The notes beneath the pieces were generated by a model that saw only the letters and a program-made list of their open reading frames with translations, searched no databases and had not been told where the DNA came from. The translations under genes and the position numbers were made by a program. A DNA stretch of 56,096 nucleotides from Octopus bimaculoides (lineage: Eukaryota). The stretch's first letter is position 1. Every line of letters begins with the position of its first letter. The stretch covers positions 81,799,836 to 81,855,931 of the forward strand of contig NC_068988.1 of NCBI RefSeq assembly GCF_001194135.2. The letters run 5' to 3'. Positions 50,291 to 56,096 of the stretch are shown one piece after another.

Positions 50291-50759
50291 TCTTTTAAAA
50301 GAAGTAACTATATTACAAATTTGAAAGAAAATGATGATTCTCCGTTCTTTAAATTTCTCTTAGGGAAGCTTACGAATAAACATTCATTTTTCTCTGTTTA
50401 ATTTATCTAAATTACTTTCTTTAAAATACTACAAACGTCTTCATACATGGTCAGTTATAGGTTGCTCTGAATGAAGTTGGGGATCTATCAGACCTAAAGA
50501 TTTTTGCTGGTCAAATAGACCAGCAAAAGATCTCTAGGGCATCCCAATTATGCGAGTATAAAATTTACTACTCTTATTGTATACACACAGACATTGATTG
50601 GTGTGTAAAAAGTTTGATAGTTGTCATAGAGACTTTAGTCTCTCTCTATCACCTTTCAACAGCATTATATATGAAGAGACATTAGAACAATTTTACAACA
50701 TAATAAAAATAAGTTTTTTTTTTTTTTTGATGATGCTTGGTTTCACAATTCCTGTCATT

Positions 50760-51062
50760 CAGCTTAGCAGCCGCTGATTAAGTTGTAATTTGGTATTGGA
50801 AGGTTAAGAGCTTCCTTGATGCCTGCCAGAGAAGCAAGTAGCTATCACCATCGAAGGCATCGTGGTGAAGAGTGCTTCGTTGAGGAGCGAGGAGTTGTCA
50901 CGTAGAAGGTCTGTCGCGCAACTCCCTAACAAAGTGAAACTCACTCTTTAAGTACCAGTTTTACTACGCATGCGCACTCGAGGGGCTTCCGATGGTGAAG
51001 TCCCCTGCGCATGCGCAGAATAGTACTTCCTCAATGGCGGCTATAATTTCGCGCCACTACAG
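50760..51062. promoter_or_regulatory. CpG-rich, housekeeping-type promoter candidate
   Basis: NRF1-type palindrome TGCGCATGCGCA at 51006-51017, near-match ACGCATGCGCA at 50966-50976, ETS core CTTCCG at 50986-50991, and YY1 core ATGGCGGC at 51034-51041. No TE hallmarks. Confidence 0.6.
51034..51062 (+). CDS. Candidate first coding exon
   Basis: ATGGCGGCT...TACAG|gtgttt gives MAAIISRHY(R/S). No downstream exon identified. Confidence 0.25.
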
Positions 51063-51769
51063 GTGTTTATTTGACATGTTGTATATAGAAATAAAAACAG
51101 TTAAAAACTAATGTATTTTAAACTATTAAATGGTTCTTTTATTTCAATATTGTTTTACCTTCTTTTACTTAACTTTGTTGAATATATACCAATATTTCAA
51201 TGAAACAAATTATCATTTATACCGGGCATAAAACAACGGATCAAGCACTGGTATTACTTAAAGGTATAATATGATATGGCTGTTTCAGAGTGTAGCTGGG
51301 TCCAAAAGATAGTAGGAATGATCACATAGAAAAAAACCACATACCAAACAATTTTTTCACTCATTTCTCTTATATTATGTTAAATATTTAATTCATTAGT
51401 TGTAATATACATAATTGCATTCTACAATTTAATGTTTCAGTAACAATGTCGTTATGTATGAAACTTACAACTACTGATATAGGTGTGACGGGAAAAAGAT
51501 GGAACTCCACGGGATCGTCCAATGCCGAAAGGTTATGATGTAAGGGTTTGTTTGGGTTCTTCAGATGTCAGCGGTCACCAACACATCGCAGGAGATTGGG
51601 TAGACAGTTAAAAACACAGGAGGTTGAGCAAATAAAGTAATGACTCCAGAAAGTTCTTTCAAGACCACGCGATTAACAAAACAAAATGAGATTCGAATTT
51701 TATCGCACAAGTGAACTGAAGAGTTTTTTTAAAAATTGTTGAAAAGGCACCAATTTTGAAAAATGTGCT

Positions 51770-52078
51770 CGGTGTGGGGATGCAACTACATGGTTTTGAG
51801 TTCAGTTCCACGGCGCACGCACACACACACACACATGTATATATCTATATATATGTGTGTGCGTGTCTTTGTATCTGTATTTGTTCGCCCACACTCCTTG
51901 ACAACCGATGCTGGTTTGTTTACGTCCCTGTAACTTAGCGGTTCGACAATAGAGGCCGACATAACAGGCACAAGACTTAAAAAATAAATACTAGAGTCGA
52001 TTTGTTCAACTAAAGCACTTCAGGGTTGTGCCCCAGCATGGCCGCAGTCCAATGTCTGACACAAGTAAAAAGATTAAA
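51770..52078 (+). mobile_element. SINE family A, internally deleted
   Basis: Head remnant, central microsatellite, and 3' tail ccccagcatggccgcagtc..acaagtaaaa. Confidence 0.75.
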
Positions 52079-52079
52079 A

Positions 52080-52450
52080 AAATAAATTTTTATGTGAAAT
52101 ATGACAATAATATAATATATGATATAAAAAGATCATATGAAACATGGCTAATATAAGAATATGACAAAATATAATTTGAAACATTACATAAAAATGTAAA
52201 ATGAAACATGATATCAAAATGTCGTATATACAGAATTTCAATGTAATATAAAATATGACATTAGTAATTTATATGAAACATGACGTTAAGAAGTTAGGAA
52301 ATACGACATTAAAATGTTATGTGTTATACGAAATATAGCATTAAAACGGTTTAAAAATATGACATCACGTTATTATATGTTATAGTTAAAATGACATTAA
52401 AATTGTTTACGGAGTATAGCATTAAAATAGTATATGAAAAATAGCATGAA
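52080..52450. repeat. Degenerate aaatatga(c) minisatellite
   Basis: Recurrent aaatatgaca and gacattaaaat units. Confidence 0.6.
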
Positions 52451-53045
52451 GAAAAGGAGAGGGAAGCAATTTTTCTATCAGTTTTTCAACTGATATTTCT
52501 TTGCTATTAATTTGTTATTTCTTAGCTATTAATTTGTTATTTTATTGGTATTCTTCGATAAGGCAAAATGTCGAGCTGTGTGAGTGATATTCTAGTCGGA
52601 TGGAATTGGTTAATATATATTTTACCGAGTCGGCTTGAAAGAAAAGCAAACGTGATCGTGACATAGAACCTCTAAAGCCTTTCTCAAATTTGAACTTGGA
52701 ATGTTTTAGTCCAAATGCAAATTTACTTGTGCAAAACATTACTATATTAAGTACTGGTGAATAATAATTGTAACATCACAGATGCTGGATACTACTAAGT
52801 GCAGTAGTATCCAGGCAAACATTTGTGACTTTAGTTTTTGACAGGCGGTCATTGAAAAAGAAAGGTTAAATTCTCACACTTAAAGGCTTTACGGAACACT
52901 CTTGAACTTAGTGGGATTATATAACTATGAAATTCAACTTCCAAGAGAGATATTTTTAATGCAGCCAGAGGCCACATATTTCTAGACCCGTCCTTAATTA
53001 GATGATTTTGATCCTTCAACTTTCTAAGAGATTATTGCTATTGTA

Positions 53046-53700
53046 TTAGGTCGGCCAAAAAAGTTCATTCTTCTTTTTTAAGGGAAAACAAAGCACATGT
53101 TTTAAACAAAGAGATTTGTTCAATCAGTGATATAATTGCCATTTAGTTTCAGTGTCTTCTGCTATCGTGTAGGGAGATTCATTATTCCCTGTTCAAGAAT
53201 TTCCTGTCTTTACTGGCGATGAGCACTTCCAGGTGAATTTTTACATCCTCTTCTGAGCAGAAGGTTTGTCCATTCAATGAATTTCGAAGAGATCGAAACA
53301 AGTAGATATCAGAAATTGCAAGATCAGGCAAAGCTCCAATAATGTCTGCCACGTCTGCAAAGAAGCAAGTTTTGGAATCTTCTGGTGGATCACTGTTTTT
53401 AACTTGGTCTGCTGATCAAAGTACACATCCGAATTACTGGTCCCGTTCGTGAGAAGAAGGTCATAAAAGACAAAATTCTTCCAATACCACCAAACTGAAA
53501 GTAAAACCATCTTTAGGTGATGTCTTTCTTTGAAGATTGTATATAGTGGTTCGCCACGCTTCCACTATGATAGTTTACGCTTCATATTCCATTTTCTGTC
53601 CCCTACCATCCTTCAAAACAAGGATCGTTTTCTTCACGTTCCTGCAGTGATTCGAAGATGGAAACCCATTGGGCGAAGTTAGCTTCATTCAATTGATGTA
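53046..53700 (-). mobile_element. mariner-type transposase pseudogene, 3' part
   Basis: VLLSVWWYWK..FYDLL..NSDVYFDQ. Terminus TA|TTAGGTCGGCCAAAAAAGTT at 53046. Confidence 0.8.
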
Positions 53701-54287
53701 TGACCCAAACATCAAGCCTACTAATGTAACCATATCATAAACCTTCCACTAACCTGAAATATCATCCGAGAAAAATTATCGATAATTTAGTAAGAAATAT
53801 TTCATTAAGACTTTCTGAATTATCTGCAAATGATAGGGTTTTTGGTAACGAAGCTCAATTCTATAATTCGGCATTAAATAGGGCAGGATACAAAGAGAAG
53901 GTTTACTATGTCAAACCTGATTGTAACAATATTAAGACAGATATGAATTATAAGAATAATAAGTATAAGAATAATTTTAGAGGAAATAAGGAAAATAAAG
54001 CCAGAGATTTTCATAAACGTAACATAGGTAATTAAAAATTTTTTATGAATTATACAAATAACTGCGATAACACTAAAGATGATAATGTATGGTTCATAAT
54101 CCCGTTTGGTAGAAATGTTAAATCTAATTTGGTTGCACAGTTTAGAGAGGTGATAGGTAGATATTTCCCAAATAATTCACATTATGGTAAAATTATTAAT
54201 ACACATAACATTAGGTTTGTAGCTCATAATTTGAAAATACTTAAATCAAAGGGAATTGGGGAGGATAGTGATGAGAACCCTGATATA

Positions 54288-54355
<68 letters not shown>

Positions 54356-55226
54356 TGATGATGATGATCGTACTAGGATTACAGTAACAGAAGTTAACCC
54401 CAGAAGATTGAAGTTTGAAGGCCCAAATGCTAGATTGAAGAAGATAGTATATCAATGCAAGGTAACGACCCAAACAGATGTTAACATATACGTGGGTTGT
54501 TCTTCGGGACAAATTTGTAAACGAATATCGAATCATTATAATACGTTTAGAGATAGAAGTAAAATGGCGAATACTAGCCTTAGTAAATTTATTTGGGAAC
54601 TGAAGGAACATAAAAAGCAATATTCGTTAGAATGGTCAATTATTGGAAAGTATTTCCCTTATGACAAAGGTAAGAGATATTGCTCGTTGTGTAATCTAGA
54701 ATTATTTTTTATATTGTTTTCTAAGGGTAAGTTAATAAATAAACTCACATATAATGGTTTCAGATGTAACCATATTCTTAGACATACGTTTTTCTGGTTT
54801 AAATAAATTATAAATTTCAGTATGATCGGGTATTATAATATAATATTAGGTTTAAAAGACAGGATATACTAATAATCCAATTGTATATTTGTATTTATTT
54901 TCTAGAGATAATATAATATAGATTTCCGTTAGTTTAGAATTTATTACCAGTGTTCAATAATTTGTATTACTTGATTGTTTATAATTAATAATATTATTAG
55001 GGTTTTCTCCCTTAGACGGACTATTATTCAGGAGGAATTTTGAATATGGATCAACCTTAGAGATTATAAATCTTTTTTTATGTTTACTTTTTACCCTGAG
55101 GATGTGTAAGGTAATTTACTTATTTAACTTGAATTAAGAGTTGAATTTGATCTTATACAGAAATGTATACATAGGTAATAAACTTTAATATATATAGATT
55201 TAGCGTCAAAGCTCTTATTAAATTTT
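53700..55226 (+). mobile_element. Penelope-like element, 5'-truncated, with open GIY-YIG ORF (54045-54806) and 3' pLTR
   Basis: HPRKII..ISLRLSELS..YNSALNRAGY, NVWFIIPF..NVKSN, and KIVYQCKV..IYVGCS..RISNH..SLSKFIWELK..WSII..CSLCNLE. Confidence 0.9.
55091..55178 (+). ncRNA. Type I hammerhead ribozyme with fully canonical core
   Basis: Stem I TTACC/GGTAA, core CTGAGGA, stem II TGTGTAAG/CTTATACA, GAA, palindromic ATGTATACAT, cleavage predicted after A55173. Confidence 0.8.
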
Positions 55227-55339
55227 NNNNNNNNNNNNNNNNNNNNNNNNNNNNNNNNNNNNNNNNNNNNNNNNNNNNNNNNNNNNNNNNNATATATATA
55301 TATATATATATATACACAAACAAAACGGAATCCCAATAT

Positions 55340-55832
55340 CTGCCGCTATTTTCTTCATGAGAGAATATGTTTGCAACAAAGATGTCTACCTACCGGGAAC
55401 TAGACGCTCCATTTGTAAATATAGTGGCACAAAGAAAGTGGTAATATTGTAAGTGCTCCCACCAACAGATGCAACCACACCAAACCTCCTCCTTATCCCA
55501 GCTTCACAAACTCCAATCACTACAATAACTGTATTGCCTCCTTAATGCCCAAGGAATCGACCCAGCCATCAAGGCTCAAAAATGGAAAATATTGAGGGAT
55601 AGATTGCAGCACACTCACATCTAATTCCTTTCTTTGTCCTAACTGAGACCCACCTAAACGACCGTCATTTAGAGGCTGAACTGAAAATCAGAGACTTCAC
55701 TGCCATTTGTGCTGATCGGGCAGGCCGAAGAAACGGTGGAGTTACTGTTTTCCTCTATGATTCTTTCAGCGCAGATGCCAAGGACATTTCCTCCAACGGC
55801 TACTGCGAAGTAGTCTCTGTACACAACAAAGG
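55340..55832 (+). mobile_element. APE-type LINE (CR1/L2-like): ORF1 end and start of the ORF2 endonuclease
   Basis: [45 protein letters not shown], with a frameshift. Confidence 0.7.
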
Positions 55833-56096
55833 TAAAGACATACACAATATACACATACACGCACGCACAAAAAATATATACACGCGCGCACACACACGCA
55901 CACGGACACACGCATACAGACACACATAAACACACACGCGCATACACACACACGCACACGTACCTAACACTCACAATCCCACACACACACGCACATCCAC
56001 ACACATACACACACACACACGCACACACCCACATACACATACACACGCACACACACCTCTCACCAACACAACACACTCACACAGACACGCATACAA
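55833..56096. repeat. (CA)n/(CG)-mixed microsatellite
   Basis: Seen directly. Confidence 0.95.

Noticed and set aside
50918-50930. Telomerase RNA template-like CCCTAAC
   Set aside because: Only 7 nt match and no supporting structure is seen.
50981-51030. RNase MRP/P-like motifs (GAAGTCCCC..AGAATAG; also TCCTGTCA and GGAAGG near 50750-50805)
   Set aside because: The GGGGCT partner lies upstream as a local hairpin, not in the downstream CR-V position, and no P4 pseudoknot could be built. Only a covariance-model search could revive it.

Overview
AT-rich, gap-containing animal genomic DNA. The repeat families resemble those I associate with Octopus or other coleoid cephalopods; this is an inference, not a database result. 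There are no prokaryotic features and no complete host gene. Most of the window is nested, decayed mobile DNA plus microsatellites: R4/Dong-type RLE retrotransposons (3 copies), RTE LINEs and their 3' tails, three tRNA-type SINE families, three Penelope-like elements (PLEs), three Gypsy LTR remnants, Tc1/mariner elements (mariner-type, DD36E, maT-type), Merlin and piggyBac-type miniature elements, and an APE-LINE. Host signals are limited to a CpG-rich NRF1/YY1 promoter-like island near 51 kb and a few weak candidate exons. The most notable pattern is a set of minimal type I hammerhead ribozyme (HHR) motifs. They sit in PLE ends and in tiny fold-back elements, have palindromic stem III, and covary at the core 3-8 pair (C-G, U-A, G-C). 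Other points of interest are a non-autonomous LTR element with a duplicated 32-nt tRNA-Trp primer site, and R4-type elements that appear to sit in AC/ATAC microsatellites. Nearly all ORFs in the supplied track are microsatellite or antisense-TE artefacts. All alignments and folds were done by eye.
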